From assembly GCA_013265495.1 (NCBI GenBank), contig MU057930.1, positions 1,690,057-1,754,056 of the forward strand: DNA of 64,000 nt. Reading direction: 5' to 3'. The translations under genes were made by a program, and so were the position numbers. This document shows, piece by piece, positions 25,240-39,370 of the stretch. Under the pieces are notes generated by a model. It was not told the DNA's origin and did not search any database. It saw only the letters and a list, made by a program, of their open reading frames with translations. This DNA is from Vicugna vicugna (Eukaryota). Position 1 is the stretch's first letter, and every line of letters starts with the position of its first letter.

Positions 25240-25870
25240 ACTAGTGTCTTCCTGGTTATTCAATCCAACATGAGTCTAAGGGCTGTTGCGGAGGGACTTT
25301 GCAAATGGGATTAAGGGCGTTAGGCAGCTGACCCGAAGGTAAACCAAGTACCCTGGAATATCTAAGCGGGTGCAAAATACATGGGTCTTTAAGAGCTGAA
25401 GATACAGACAGAACCATCAGTCAGAGATGCCAGGGAAGACGGGCAGAGACAGAAGAGCTACCAGGGCTGTCAGAGGGACTGGAACTAAGAGAAACCACCA
25501 CTGTGGCTTTGGAAAGAGAGAGGAAAGGGGCCAGCAGGGAAGAGATGCTGAGGTCTTCAAGACACTGAGAATGACCCTCGGCCAAAAGCCATCCAGGAGA
25601 GGAGAATCGTAAGCACCACATGGAACTGAATTCAGCCAATGAACCCAATGTTCTTGGATGTTCAGTGTGTCCTTAGAACATCCTTGGATGTCTCAAGTAA
25701 GGAACACAGTCCAGCACACACACACACACACATTGATTTCAGCTTTGTGAGGCTTAACATCAAGAAACCACCCAGACAGCTCAGATTTATGCTGTACGGA
25801 GCTGTGAGAAGACACACTAGTGTTCTCTGAAGACAGGAAGTGTGGGGTTCTTTGGTATAAGCAGATATAA
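25240..25870 (+). mobile_element. MaLR LTR (MLT1F/G-like)
   Basis: 'tcttcctggttattcaatc...gggactttgcaaatgggattaagg...ttgatttcagctttgtgag...gctgtgaga'. Confidence 0.65.
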
Positions 25871-27179
25871 ATTCAGGGAAATATAGGTTGCGATGACCTT
25901 GAACTTGCAAAGACGGGTTTTGGAGAAATACACATTGAAATGTTCAGAAGAATATTTCCATGGACTCTGAGACTCTCCAGACCCACTGGGTGGTGAATCT
26001 TCCTTCAAAGGTAGAGAATTTAAATATATAGAGTCACCAATTGTTCCTAAGTCATTATGCCTTCCCAACGAGACAGCCATCTGGATTACAAAATAACATG
26101 AATCTTGGCAGTTTGCCGTCACTGTTTTGGGACAGAAACGTCTCATGACTACATACCTCACTGATAATCCCCGGATGAGATCCAGGGACTGGAAAAGATC
26201 AGGGAGGATTGGAGAGGAGGCGCCAGCTCTGACCATAAAGGTTACAAATGCACTCTTTATCTTGACTTGACGGAGGTGACCCAGAAGTTCCATGAAGAAA
26301 CCCACCGAGTTTGGGGGCACCCTAACTTCAACAACCAACCCCCAACGTTGAGTGAACGAGAGCAGCTCAGATCACCTGACTTGTCCCTGAAATTTGTGCT
26401 TTGTTCCAATGCAGAGAGTCACTGCCAGCCTAGCCCAGAGCGGAAGCTTCCCTCGCTTCTGTAGGAAGGTTCAGAGTCACGTCTGGGAAGCACACAGGCG
26501 AGCTGCTTTATTCTCTTGTCCTGCAGTTGACCGCGCCCTCGGCCCCGCCATGCATCAGAACCCCGAAGCAGCCCTTCGCCATCAGTTCACGACGAGACAC
26601 AAATGAACAGAGCATTCGAACCCCCCCCCCTTTAGGAAGACCATCCCACCGGTGGGTCACTCCAACCCTGGAAACCCCTCTTGCCTACAAGAAGAAATTG
26701 GCCCAAGGAGGTTGGACCCTTGGAGCGCTGTTGAAGAGTCATTTTTAGCAGGAGGATAGCCAATCGCATGGAAAGGACAGTGAGTTTGGGGCCGGAAGAT
26801 AGATTTCAGATGCCCAGGGTTGTTGACCCCCAGGTGGAGAAGTCCTGGCAGATTATGAAACATTCTCTTGTCACGCCAAAGATGACGGTAATGATAATTA
26901 ATACCTTCCCGTGGAGGGAATGCTGAGGGAACGGGTAAGAAGAAGGCAATGTGGAGCATGAGCCAAAATGGGACAAATTCTCGTGTCCCATTATAAATGT
27001 AGGAGGCGTAGGCATTTCGGAAAATTGTGCAGAATGAAGGTGATGTTAAAAATACGGGGAACGTTCGATGTGGTCTGAGAGAGCTGTGCTTAGACGCACA
27101 TCTGGGTAACTACCGGACATCTCTCCTCACTGTCCGACACGCCAGGGTCACAATAAGTAATGACACGTGCCAAGCAGAG

Positions 27180-27514
27180 GGAAAAGCCATAAATAGCCTG
27201 GCCGTGCAGACAGAAGACCAGGGCAGCAGCAAGCGGTTTACAGCAAAGGCTGCAGGCCGTGGCGAAACGGATGGGCTGGGTCAGGGAGCATCCTTGTACG
27301 AAACCGCTCTGAGGAAGCACCGCTCGTGAACTCAAGGGAAAACACTGAAAGAGATGTGCAGCGCGAGTCCGGCTCCCGGAATAAAACAAAGTGGCATATG
27401 CGACGGGAAGGAGGAGGGACGCGGGATTCATCTCGCCCGCGGGCCCAGCAGAAGGAAGGCGGCTGCCTGACCGCTCTGCTGGTCCGCCTGGAGCGAGCTC
27501 AGCTGCAGGTGAGT
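27180..27514 (+). promoter_or_regulatory. Candidate promoter or non-coding first exon
   Basis: Local CpG cluster, TATA-like cataaata (27188-27195) and a consensus donor CAG|GTGAGT at 27508|27509. Confidence 0.3.
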
Positions 27515-27846
27515 TTGGAGAGGGTTAAAAAAGGAAATTTTTTCACCATTTACCATTTCAGGGTCATGGTCCCGAAGGCGTGGAGTCCGGAAACACGTGT
27601 CCCCAGGGAATTTCACAGGCACCATGTTGTTATTAACATGGAAGATTCTGGAAAGCACCCTGACCGATCTTCACCTCTCTGCTCCAAAGAGCAACCGCAT
27701 AGGCACACGGGCAAAATGTTAGTCTTGAATTCCACGTAACCAAGGATTTATTTCCTCCCGTAATTGTTTTTTAAAATCAGGCATTAACCATGCAAGGAAA
27801 AAGCACTTCAAAGGTGTACCTTGTCCTCAGCTGTACCATCCTAGAC

Positions 27847-28061
27847 CACTGATCCTCTGTCTTGCCACCAGCGACATCTGGAGATGGATACCTCCTTGTC
27901 GAGGTGGGGGTGTGGCAGGGGCCGTCCTGGGCAACGTAGGATGTTTACCCGCATCTCTGTCCTCTGCCCTCTAGACGTCACCATCACCCGCTTTCCAGTC
28001 TACCTGGGGCAATCGGCAGTGTCTCCAGATGTCGACACACTTCCCTGGTTGGGAACCATCG
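27847..28061 (-). mobile_element. hAT-Charlie fossil (MER20-like)
   Basis: 'gtaggatgttta...cctctgccctctaga...gtctccaga...ggttgggaacca', with CCTAGAC on both flanks. Confidence 0.75.
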
Positions 28062-29679
28062 CCTAGACAATTAGATATCTATTTACCGTCTTTCATACTT
28101 TTAAGTTATTTTTCAAAAATGTAATCTTCTTTGTAAGTGCCGAATACCATTACATATCCCAAATATATATATTTTTTACAGTCTTTGTGCATGCCCTGAA
28201 ATAAAAGAGAGCCTGGCAGTACTGTAGAGACAGAATTAAATTCATAAGTAGTGATTCTGTGGCTTATAGAGAATTCAGTGGGGCCAAGAAGCATAGCAAA
28301 GCAGGAAGGAGTGAAGGCACAAACAGACTGACTGCCTTATAAGCATGGAAAAAAACTCATTTTTGAAATTTAGGAGAGTGTCTCTAACGCTCAACAAAAG
28401 TATGTTAATATCATGGATAAAGATACATCATTCAGGATGAGGTGAGGATTCAGAGGGATAAGGGAGAGATTCCAGAGTGTTCCAGGTCCGAGGTACAAAA
28501 ATGCAAGAAAATTCATGAAACGCTTGAAAAAAGGAAATGGGAAGTTCTTTACAGAAAGAGAAGTAGCTTCAAGTGACTGTTAGACTGAGGGGCTGGCTTG
28601 ATACTGGGGACAGAGGATCTGTCTTTCCAAGCCTGGGAAGGATCTGTATTCGGTGGCTATAATGACATTTAGATGGAGCAGTCATTTTTCAGAAGTTAAA
28701 GGTATCTCACACACATAGGTATGTATATATAAGCATACACACAAATGTGTATGAAATATCTCATATATATCCTTTACAAATAAACGTGTGTATCTGTTTG
28801 AGGTTGTCAAATGGGAAAGTTATACACATTTACGAAAAGACATAAACATTCTGCAAAGTGCAAAGGATACAGATACCCTTTCTTTATTCTTGTCTTATCT
28901 GTAGAATGTGTGTGTGGACAACTTTGAGCCTGAAAATGGAAATGTGTATCTGTACGTAGACAACGAAATAAATGTGTAACTTGAATACTTGCTAGGCAGA
29001 GAGAGACCGAAAAGAACTTGAAGGAAATGTTTCCAGCTTTATAGGAACATTCCCGAATAGGTGAGAAGAACTGAATCGGAGTCAGCAGAAGCAATTTAAC
29101 AGACATGAAGGGAAACTAGTTGAAAATTCACTTTGAAAGCAAAGATAGCTACAACCTGCATGTTTTGTAAACCGTTATTTTCTGTGGGACTATAATTTGC
29201 AAATTCGTAAGGTAAAGAAATCAATCTTGCTATGACTCCAACAATGGGAAAGGCATGGACTGTAAGACAAAACAAAAATGGTGTTGACAGTTCACACGGA
29301 AGCACAGTGAAAAGAAATAAAAAGGAATCTTATTATAATTACATCTGTGACCTTTGGCTATACAGTGGAAATTATTTTAGACTAAGATTATAAGTAACAA
29401 ACACCTCTGAAATTCACGTTAACTGTTATTTTCCTTAGTGACTATTAATGACAAATATGTTCATTGGGACGGCACCCTTCTATTTTACAAGACAATACAA
29501 ATCGATGTGAAATTGTACAGCACGAAAAGCTCCCCCCCCACCCCCGTAAGAGTCTCATTAAGTCGGTCTTTCATGGAATTCTTTTGATTCATCCTATTTT
29601 GACAGTCTCCAATTCCCTTATCTGTCCTTCATGGCCATAACCCTCTTCCCATGACCGGCTTCCATCAACCATCTGGTCC

Positions 29680-30200
29680 CAAACCAACACCATCTATTTC
29701 GGGTTTTTGTTACGACAGCATCTCACTTTTGCTTTCAATTTCTTTTCTGGTTTAGCTAATGCTGTGTAACAAATGAGCCTGAAACCTGAGGCTCTAAACA
29801 ACAGTCTGTGATTCTCTCTCATGATTCTGTGGATTGACTGGGTTCAACTGGCAAGTTCTCTCTTGACATCTTTTGGGTTCAGCTCAGCTAGATGTTAGGG
29901 ATGGAACCATTTGAGGGCTCAAGCAGGTGGGCTGCCCCGGGTGGTGCACTTCCATGGTTGGTAGTGAATGCTGCTGTCCACGGTGTGCAGCCGAGGTTCC
30001 TGAAGGGAGCAAGACACTGGGCCTCCCTGATTTGGTGTCTGGGTTCCAGGAGTGATGGTCCCAAGGGCCAGGGTTCTTAGTGGTCTGAACAGAAACCTCA
30101 TGGCTTCTTATTATCCAGCCCTGGAAGTCCCGGCACCTTGCTTCAAGAAACTTCTACTAGTCAAGAAAGCCACCCAGATCCAAACAGACTTCACCTCCAA
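29680..30200 (-). mobile_element. Old MaLR LTR (MLT1-type) with adjacent internal remnant
   Basis: 'agctaatgctgtgtaacaaa...ctctcatgattctgtggattgactggg'. Confidence 0.65.
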
Positions 30201-30439
30201 GTTGGAAAAACAGCCTAGTAGGAATGTTTTTTGGTCAATTTCTATCTATCTCACCTAGTATGTGACATCTGCTTAACGCCATGTGATGACTCCAATAGGT
30301 GGGTAACAGGGGCTGTGAGCAGCAGAGTTCATCTCCTGACTCGGATAAATGCTGCATTAAATTAGGGATGTCTGCCAGGAAGAATAAGGAAGAGTCTGTC
30401 CACTGAAGACTCTGATTTATTCTAAAGTTCTCCCTTATC

Positions 30440-30675
30440 GGGAGTTCAGGACTTGCAAATACTAACTACGATATAAAAAATACATAAACAACAGGGTCCT
30501 ACTGTATAGCACAGGGAACTATATTCAATATCTTGTAATAGCCTACAATGATAAAAGAATATAAAAAGAATATACACACATACACATATAACTGAATCAC
30601 TTTGTTGTACACCACAAACTAATACAACGTTGTAAATGAACAACACTTCAATTAAAAAGAGTAAAAATAAATAAA
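30440..30675 (+). mobile_element. LINE-1 3' end
   Basis: 'cagggtcctactgtatagcacagggaactatattcaatatc...caattaaaaa'. Confidence 0.9.
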
Positions 30676-31524
30676 GTCATCTCTTTATGCACAGGAAACT
30701 AAACACTTAGCCCAGATGAGTGAGTATCTGGCCCTCACGCTGCCCGAAGTCATACATTATCCATCAAATCACACATAGATCACTGAACAAAATAGAACTC
30801 AGGCTTCCATTAAGTAACCATGTGTGTTCCAACTTCTCATACTAACCATAAAGTTCAACCACATTGCTGTTGAAATACCATAGATTAATTTCTACAGTAG
30901 TAGTAAGGATATGGATGACTTTTGACAAAAGTTCATGGGTGTTTTTTTTTTTTTAATTATAGACAGCCATATATACTTGTATCTTCCGTGATACTTGCAG
31001 GTGTAATTTTTCAAATATGAATTCAGCACAGTTGATGGAGTATTGTATCTGCTACATTTGGGGCACCCTTCTAGGCATGATGGTTGCCTGGATCATGCAA
31101 AGGGGAGGCACTGGGGTTATTATTGTGAAACTTAACCACCAAGAACAGAAGCCAGATACATACTAGAGACTAAAAGCACCACGGCAGATGTGAGGTTGAC
31201 GTACAGGGTAGTGGAGGCTTAGCTCAGAAAACCTAGAGTACACAGAAAGAAGGGGTAATGGTCTGGGACACGGCAAAACAGCTTAGCAAGGAAGAGACCA
31301 TTCTGAGTCTTGAAAACCACGTGGAGTTATGACCACCCTGTTGTAAAGGCGGATTCCAAGATGAGTTTCCATCATGCATTGCATAAAACGTTAGGTGGTC
31401 TTTCTACAAGTCAACTGATTTGTTGGGGCAGGAGTGGATGTCTAGAAACCAGTCAGGACAGCGTGCCTGATGTGTAAGAGAGAAAGGGTGATGGATAATG
31501 GTGGAAATGTCCAGACTCTAGTAC

Positions 31525-31840
31525 CATGCTTTCCAAGATGGCACCCATCACCAGAGCTGGCTATTGAACCCTTGAAATGTGGTCTGTTCAAATCTGGATG
31601 CATTGCGCATGTGAAATACACACCGGATAGCATGTATTTAGCAAAAAAAAAAAACATGCAAACTATCTCATTCATAGTTTTGTCTCTATTACATGTTGAG
31701 TTGATAATATTTTGGAAATACAGGGATACACTACATGTAGCATTAAAATTAACCCTACCTGTTTTTTTTATTTTTTTGCTCTCTCTTTGATGCCTTTACT
31801 AGAAAACTTGGAACTTATGACACGTCTGTGGGACACTGCT
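31525..31840. mobile_element. hAT-Charlie fossil (MER33/MER3-like)
   Basis: 'ggctattgaacccttgaaatgtgg...gtgaaatacacaccggat...attacatgttga...attaaaattaa...actagaaaa'. Confidence 0.75.
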
Positions 31841-33179
31841 TCTCCAGAGAAAATGTGTGGTTCTTAGATGTCTTGGTTTGCAAACAGTGTAGACATCCCG
31901 GGTGCTGGAGTGAACCGTGAACCACGGAAGTACCTGGGATGTGTTCTGACCTGACTTCATTCTCAGAAGGGAGGATGGAGAAAGAACAGTTCCTCCCAAG
32001 GTGAGTGTTGAGGCTCCGATTCTTCTTAAGGCTCAGATTGAGTGCGGTTTTCCTACGTTCTCTCGCTTGCGTTTCTGTCGCTGCAAATCAGAATGAACTC
32101 TGAGAGTCATAATTAACCTCTAATAAGCAGCATTGCCTCTGTCCAAGGTAGTATGTTTCTTTCTTTCCCGACGGCGAGTGCTGCAATGACTCACAGTGCT
32201 CTGCACAAATCATTCCTTTACAGAAGATGCTCTCTCAGTCCGTAGGAGGACCACCTGCCCCAAATTCTCAGGCACCAGGGACGCTATATTTATTTACAGA
32301 GCAATAAAACAGGAACTTCCTCCTGGTCCAAGATTGAGCCAGAATCTGGCCCTTTTCTTTTTTCTACTCAAAAAATCCCAAAGTGTCATGCGACTTGTTT
32401 TTCTGACATTTGAGCAACTGGACCCTTGATCAGATGGACCAAGAGTATTAGAAACAGAAAGCAGCTGGTGTGTTCCACCCGGTAGGCAGAAAGGCACTGC
32501 ATGTAGACACACGAAGCCCTTCCCCTCCTAGTCTCTCTGATGGGAGAACAGTGTGCGAGCAGCACCTGATTCCAGGTGTTTATAGACTCCATCCCTTTCC
32601 ATTAATTCTGCAGACAATTCCAACCTCACTGCTGTCCCGAATGCTTCAAAAGGATTTCTGAAGTCCTCCCAGAGCATGGGGGTTGGAGCCCAAGGGTGAA
32701 TTTTGGCAAGAGGAGCCTGACAGAGTGGTGAGGGATATATACAGATCTGAGTGGATTCAAGAGAGGACCCGAGGAGAGGAACTGAGACAGTGACGGGGGA
32801 GAACTCTTCCAAGAGACAGACGCTACAGGAACAAGGACAGGAGACCAAAGTGTGGTTAGCTGTTTGCAAACAGGATCCACAAGAGAGCGTTTGCATATCC
32901 TTCTTGCCAGGTATATCCCGTGGATACAAAGAAATAGGAGACTTAGGGTTGGGGGAGGATAGTGGAGGCAAAGTTCTTGAGTGGGTGTGAGAAGGATGGG
33001 GTTTCCAACATAAGATCGTCTATGCGTTAGGTGTCCATGCCTTTATGTACCGTGCTTTATATGTTATTGCTGTTGGATCTCTTTCGGAGTCGACGTGTGC
33101 ATTTGTAACACACACTCGCCAGACAATGAGTTATATTTCACGGTAAGTTACTCCAAGTTCTCTGAAAACCGTACAATAA

Positions 33180-34047
33180 GAGTGGGTACCAAGGTTCACC
33201 CAAGTTCTTTGTGAGATGTATGAACCCTATCAGCTGATTAAAACCATCTATTTTAAGGAAATGGCTTCTGCAATGGAGGGGGTTGGCCGGTGTGAAATGT
33301 GTAGGGCAGGCTGACAGGCTGCAAATTCAGGCAGGAGTCGATGCTGCACACTTGAGGCAGAATTCCTTCTTTTTGGGGAGGCCTCGATTTTGTAATTAGA
33401 GCCTCAACTGATTGGATGAGGCCCACCCACCTAATGGAGGGTGAGTTGCTTTATTGAAGTCAACCAATTTTATTTTAATTTATTTTTAAAAAATTTTTTT
33501 GAAGTATAGTTGATTTACCATGTTGTGTTACCTGCTGGTGTACAGCACAGTGATTCAGTTATATATATATATTCTTTTCCATATTCTTTTTTATTACAGG
33601 TTATTAAAAACTATTGAATATAGTTCCCTGTGCTGTATAGTAGGTCCTTGTTGTTTATCTATTTTATATACAATAGTGTGTATCTGTAAGTCCCAAACTC
33701 CTATTTTATCCTTCCCCACCCCCCACTTCCCCTTTGGTAATCATAAGTTTGTTTTCTATGTCTGTGAGTCTCTTTCTGTGCTAAGTGCTATCATATGGTA
33801 CTTTTTTTTTTGGTCTGGCTTACTTCACTTAGTATGATAATCTCTAGGTCCATCCATGCTGCTGCAAATGGCATTAATTCATTCCTTTTTTATGGCTGAA
33901 TAGTATTCCATTGGAATCAATGGATTTTGACTTTAGATATTAACCACATCTACAATATGACCTACCCAGCAACACCTAGATTACTAGCTGATGAAATGAC
34001 CAGGTACTACTGTCTAAACGAGGTGTCATGTACAACTGAGCATCACA
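33180..34047 (-). mobile_element. ERVL LTR (MLT2-type) split by an L1
   Basis: 'caactgattggatgaggcccacccac' lies before the L1, and 'ttaaccacatcta...agcaacacctagatta' follows it. Confidence 0.8.
33475..33912 (-). mobile_element. 5'-truncated LINE-1 in MLT2
   Basis: T-rich start, L1 3' UTR, ending at 'tatggctgaatagtattccatt'. Confidence 0.92.
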
Positions 34048-35066
34048 CAGGGTACAAATGAAAATTCCATTATCACAGGTGAGCTGTGCAACTTTGGGTG
34101 CCTCTGGTAAGTTACTAACCATATTACATGAAAGAATGCCTGCTGTTTCTCACCTTACCGTTTGCCGTGATGTACCACAGGGGCAAGAAATAAGACCATG
34201 CCACACTTTACCCCTGAAGAAAATTTGTATCTGCCGCACACTCTATGTTCAATATACATTGGTCTAATATTAAGCAACATGCCTATTTTTTCCTGCCTGT
34301 GAGTTAACAGAGCAACAGAAGTTACCTTGGTGTATTTGTGTGTATCATATAAAGTTCCACGTGATAGATACAAGCTCAGGTTTGTGCTATTTTGAGAGAT
34401 CATCTGGGTTCCTCTTTCAGCACCAGATTTGAAAGCCCAGTTTCTGGGGATGGGGAGACGGTGCGATCAGAAAGTCAAGTCAAAGACATCACTGTGTTTA
34501 TCGGAAGAGCAAACTTCTAGAATTTAAAAGTGGGAGCTCTCTGTTTTAGGTCAGAGCTACCGAATTCTGACGAATAGGCTGGAAGACGACTCTTCTCTCT
34601 TCCTACTTTGCAAATGCAATGCTGCGAGTCGTTTCTATCCTGGGGAAAAAGGGTGTTGGAACACTTGGTGCATGTTTCCACCATGGTGCTATCGCGCATG
34701 ATAGTACTGGGGGCCTCAACCTCGCTTTCATGGGGTGGGAATCTCAAAGGGAAGATGCCGTTTCTGCCAACGAGCCAGGCTGCGGAAAGTCTCTAGTGGA
34801 TTCCGGCTATACGTGCTCAGCCTGATAAAGTTTTAATTTATGCCCACACCCCAGAGCCCAGAGAAGAGGGAAGCCCTGACGTTTTGCCAGGCAATGTGGA
34901 CAGCTGTTGGGAAAACCCAAATTCTGAGCTCTCGTTCCCATTATTTATCTGGGAAATTTAGAGGGGAAAAAATAAAATCAATGTTAGGAATTAATTAGGA
35001 ATCAAAGTTTAGGAAGATTGCGAGGTATTTGGGAGAACAGAAACAAGAGAAGAACCAGCCCACAGT

Positions 35067-35170
35067 GGAGTGGTGATAGCTCAGTGGTAGACCGCATACT
35101 TAGCATGCAGGAGGTCCTGGGCTCAATCCCCAGTACCATCATTAAAGAAATTAATAAAAGGAAAAAAAAA
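35067..35170 (+). mobile_element. tRNA-derived SINE, short form
   Basis: tRNA-Ala-like head followed directly by an A-rich tail, with 'cccacag' on both flanks. Confidence 0.85.
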
Positions 35171-36323
35171 TCCACCCACAGCATTGGCAATTCCCAGCTA
35201 AAATCCCACCTCCCTCTACCATTCTCCTCAAACGGTAGTGCAATTTTAAAAGACGTATCAGCTGTCTGGGTCTAACTTAGCATCTGCCACTTGAAAGAGC
35301 CTTGAGGATCATTTGTGACCTCCCCTTTGTCCCTTCTGTTCTGTTTTTCATTTTTGAGTTTGACAAGCACTTATAATTATCACCAGGAGAGACTCAGCTT
35401 CAAACAACATTGTAACTAGTATCATCAAGTCCCTGTCACCAGTTGCCCCTTCTGTTCATCAGATACGTTGCCAGCGACTGTTCTGAACCGTTAAAATGCA
35501 CGAAAATGAAATACGCCATAGGTGCTCAAGAAATTGATGATAGTATCAGTCAATTAAATCAGATCCTTTGAAGAATATAAACTTATTCTAAAACAAAGTT
35601 TATAAGCTTGCAAAGGTGCACTGGACTTTGCATCTCAAAGACCCCAGAGACCCAACAATTATCAGCTTATAACGCAAACCCTTATCAACCACGAACACCT
35701 CGGGGTGTAGCTCAAACTAACTAGCTTGTGGTCCAGCCATCCACTTAGCACCGAAAGACAGCCCTTCATTTATTTGTCAGTCACTGGTGCAGGAATGCTT
35801 CACTGATTTTAGCCACAGCTGGTGTGCCAGGTAAGAAAATCAATGAATCCACCACCAATGAGAATTTAAAAACCTCATCTTGTACAGATCGATATTTATT
35901 TAGTTTCATCCAAAACGTACCCAAATCACAAAAAGAAATATGTATCCTTTAAGAAGTTAAGCATCAGCTGAAACAGTGGGAAAAAATGGTCATTTCTACA
36001 CACATAGGGAAGAAAAGAAAAATTTAGTCTCTGACGAAACAAGTGTCCAGTTAAATAAAAACAGTTCCCAGGGCTGGAATCAAAAGAGGATCTGAAATAA
36101 TAATATAATACAAAATAGGCAAATAGTGCCAGAAACGTATTTAATCAGAACGTTTAAGAAATTCTGAAAGCATAGATTTTTTTTTCCAGAAATGAATGTT
36201 ATGGCAAACATAATCCTGGCAAAGAAAACACTCATCACCAGTAAGAGCAGTCTTAAAAATCTGAAGTATATCAATATTCATTTAATTAAAAAGGACAAAA
36301 AGGACAAGTACAAAATAAAAGAA

Positions 36324-36400
36324 CAGAGAGAGAGACAGAGACAGAGAGAGACAGAGATGGAGAGACAGAGACTAAGAGAGAGACAAAAGAGAGACAGACA
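36324..36400. repeat. (GAGACA)n/(GA)n simple repeat
   Basis: Visible purine-rich array. Confidence 0.9.
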
Positions 36401-36900
36401 TCAATCATTTGTAACGGACATCCCACAACTACCTTATACCTCCCCAAGCATGCCTCTAGAATCCCGGTTTTCAACCAAGGCCAGTTACTGATTTAAAATG
36501 CAGTCCAGTCTATAACCACCTGCCTTTGAATGTGCAAATAAATAAGATACTAACACGTGCTTTAGGACACCCTCTGTCTGGAATGGAGTCTGCTTTCAAG
36601 TGTTGCTTCTGATGGCCATTTTGAGCACCGTACTTGCAGGGAGAAACCACAGGGAAGAGGAAGTCCCAGGTTCGGGACTTACGGGATTTTGCACACAAGT
36701 ATGGTTCACTCATTCTTATATTTGACATGCATCAGATGAGGACACCACCTTTCGGTTGATACAGTCAGGATCAAAGCCCTTTAAGAAGTCAAGTATTGGC
36801 TGAGCCAGTGGAAAAGAATGGTAATTTCTATGCACAAACGGAGGAAAGAAAATTTTAGGCTCTGGCTTCATATCTTGGAGGAAAAAAGAGTTAATAATAA

Positions 36901-36902
<2 letters not shown>

Positions 36903-36960
<58 letters not shown>

Positions 36961-37273
36961 CCTACCTACCTATCTATCCATCCAACCATCCATCCATCCA
37001 ACCATCCATCTTATCTATCTATCTATCTATGTCTATTCATCCATCCATCCATCTTCTCTATGTATCCATCTGGCCATCCGTCTTATCTATCTATCCATCC
37101 ATCCAACTATCCATCCATCCAATCTATCCATCCATCCATCTCTGTCCATCCATCCATCCATCTTATCTATCTATCTATATCTATTCATCCATCCATCTAA
37201 CCATCCATCTTATCTATCTATCCATCCAGCCAGCCATCTCTATCTATGTATCCATCCATCCAACCATCCATCT

Positions 37274-37318
<45 letters not shown>

Positions 37319-37367
37319 CATCCATCCATCTCTATCCATCCATCCATCTATCCATCCATCTACCTAT
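36903..37367. repeat. (TCTA)n/(TCCA)n compound microsatellite
   Basis: Pure TCTA runs at both ends with a mixed TCCA core. Confidence 0.97.
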
Positions 37368-38259
37368 CAAGAAAGTGTGTCATGATGTGGAATATTCATT
37401 CAAACATCCTTAATTCCACACCGTCATCCCCCACCCCTGGCTTAGCACCTCCCATGTACGTACCCAAGCAGCCATTGGTCAAATGTGTCTAATTCCCCAG
37501 TCCTGTTCGTGGACCGAACAACAGAGCAAGGTCCGGGTGAAGTAAATGCACAGGTCTTGCAAAGATTTTGGGATTTTATGAATTTCGTGGAATCACTTGC
37601 TGAGCTACTAACAAACAGAGACGTGGCTGGGTCACGAGGTCACATCCGAAAAACAATCCACGTCAGTGACAGTGCTCAAACACCACCAGTCACCCTCTGT
37701 TGTCTAAGAGTTTTCATTTTCACATCGTTTCATGTGTAACAACTTTTCCTAAACATGAGACGAGCTTAATTCCATAATGTCACCATTCAAAAAGCATTTT
37801 AGACAAACTTTTTCTCCATGTTGGAGGGAAATAAAATGTTGGTTCTTTCTTTCTTTTTCTTTAAGTGAGTTACTTATAAACGGTCTTTTCCTGGCTTTTA
37901 TTACCCTTGGTTCACGAGAATGATTTTATATATTTAACATAACAACACGTTTTGCATTCTCTGCCACAAGGTAAAGCTTCTATTGAACCAGTCTTGTAGA
38001 CTACATCTGAGGGACGTGTGAAGTGCAGTTGAATGATAATGGCCGAGAAAGGCCCTAAAATCTTGGCTCTATCAGCAGTGGAGGTTGCAGAGCAGCAAGG
38101 GGAAAAAGTTGAACATTTCTATGAGAAGAGCATACATGTATTTGACAAGGGTAGCAGTAATTCCAGATCTTTTACAGACTTCTGGATGAAAGAGTACAAC
38201 ATTAAATATATGAGAATGAGTTTAAATAGATATTATCTTCCATAAACCAGTGTTATTAA

Positions 38260-39370
38260 CTATCTGTTTACCCATCTACCCACCTATCCACTGATCCATA
38301 CAGCCATCCATCTATTCATTCTTCCATCCACCCATCCACACATCCATCCATCGATGTACCCACCTAGCTACCCATCCACACATCCATCCACCCACCCATC
38401 CATCTACCCATGCACCCAACCATCATCCACCCACCCACCCACCCACCCATCCATCCAAATATCCATTCATGTACCCACCTACCCACACATCCACACATTC
38501 ATCCATTCATCCATCCATCCACTCATCCACCCACGCACCCAACCATCATCCACCCACCCACTCATCCATCCATCCATCTGTCCACATGTCCATCCACCCA
38601 ACCATCCATCCACCCATGCACCCATCCACACATCCATCCATCCATTCACCCACCCACCCGTCATCCACTCATCCATCCATCCACCCATCCACCCACCCAT
38701 ACACCCAACCATCCACCCACCCATACACCCATCCACCCATCCGTCATCCATCCATCCACCCAGCCATACACCCACCCATCCATGTACCCACCTACCCATC
38801 CATCCACACATCCATCCATCCATCCATCCACCCACCCACCCATCCACCCACGCACCCAACCATCATCCACCCACCCACTCATCCATCCATCCATAAATCC
38901 ATCCACATGTCCATCCACACAACCATCCAACCACCCATGCACCCATCCACACATCCATCCATCCATTCACCCACCCATGCACCCTCCCATCATCCATCCA
39001 TTCACCCACCCATACACCCACCCATCCATGTACCCACCTACCCACCCATCCACACATCCATCCATCCATCCATCCATCCACCTACGCACCCAACCATCAT
39101 CCACCCACCCACCCATCCATCCTTCCATCAGTCCATCCACATGTCCATCCACCCAACCATCCATCCACCACACACCCATCCACACATTCATCCACCCACC
39201 CACACACCCACCCATCATCCATCCACCCACCCATCCACACATCCATCCATCCACCAACCCGTCCACCCAACCATCCATCTACACGTCCACACACCCACTC
39301 ACTCATTCACACATCCATCCATCTATCCATCCACCTACCCACACATCCACTCATCTACTTACCCATCCCT
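38260..39370. repeat. (CCAT/CCAC)n array with higher-order units
   Basis: About 1.1 kb, almost G-free on the + strand, with recurring landmark words. Confidence 0.97.

Noticed and set aside
25817..26338. 173-aa ORF, and similar ORFs at 56464-56976, 53114-53593 and 10600-11070
   Set aside because: No recognisable domain, non-ATG starts and no supporting exon structure. Lengths are compatible with chance.
35701..35715. 'ggggtgtagctca' tRNA-like start
   Set aside because: Only about 13 nt match, with no B-box or cloverleaf following.
36818..37492. 224-aa ORF rich in SIYL/SIHP
   Set aside because: It is a translation of the TCTA/TCCA microsatellite.
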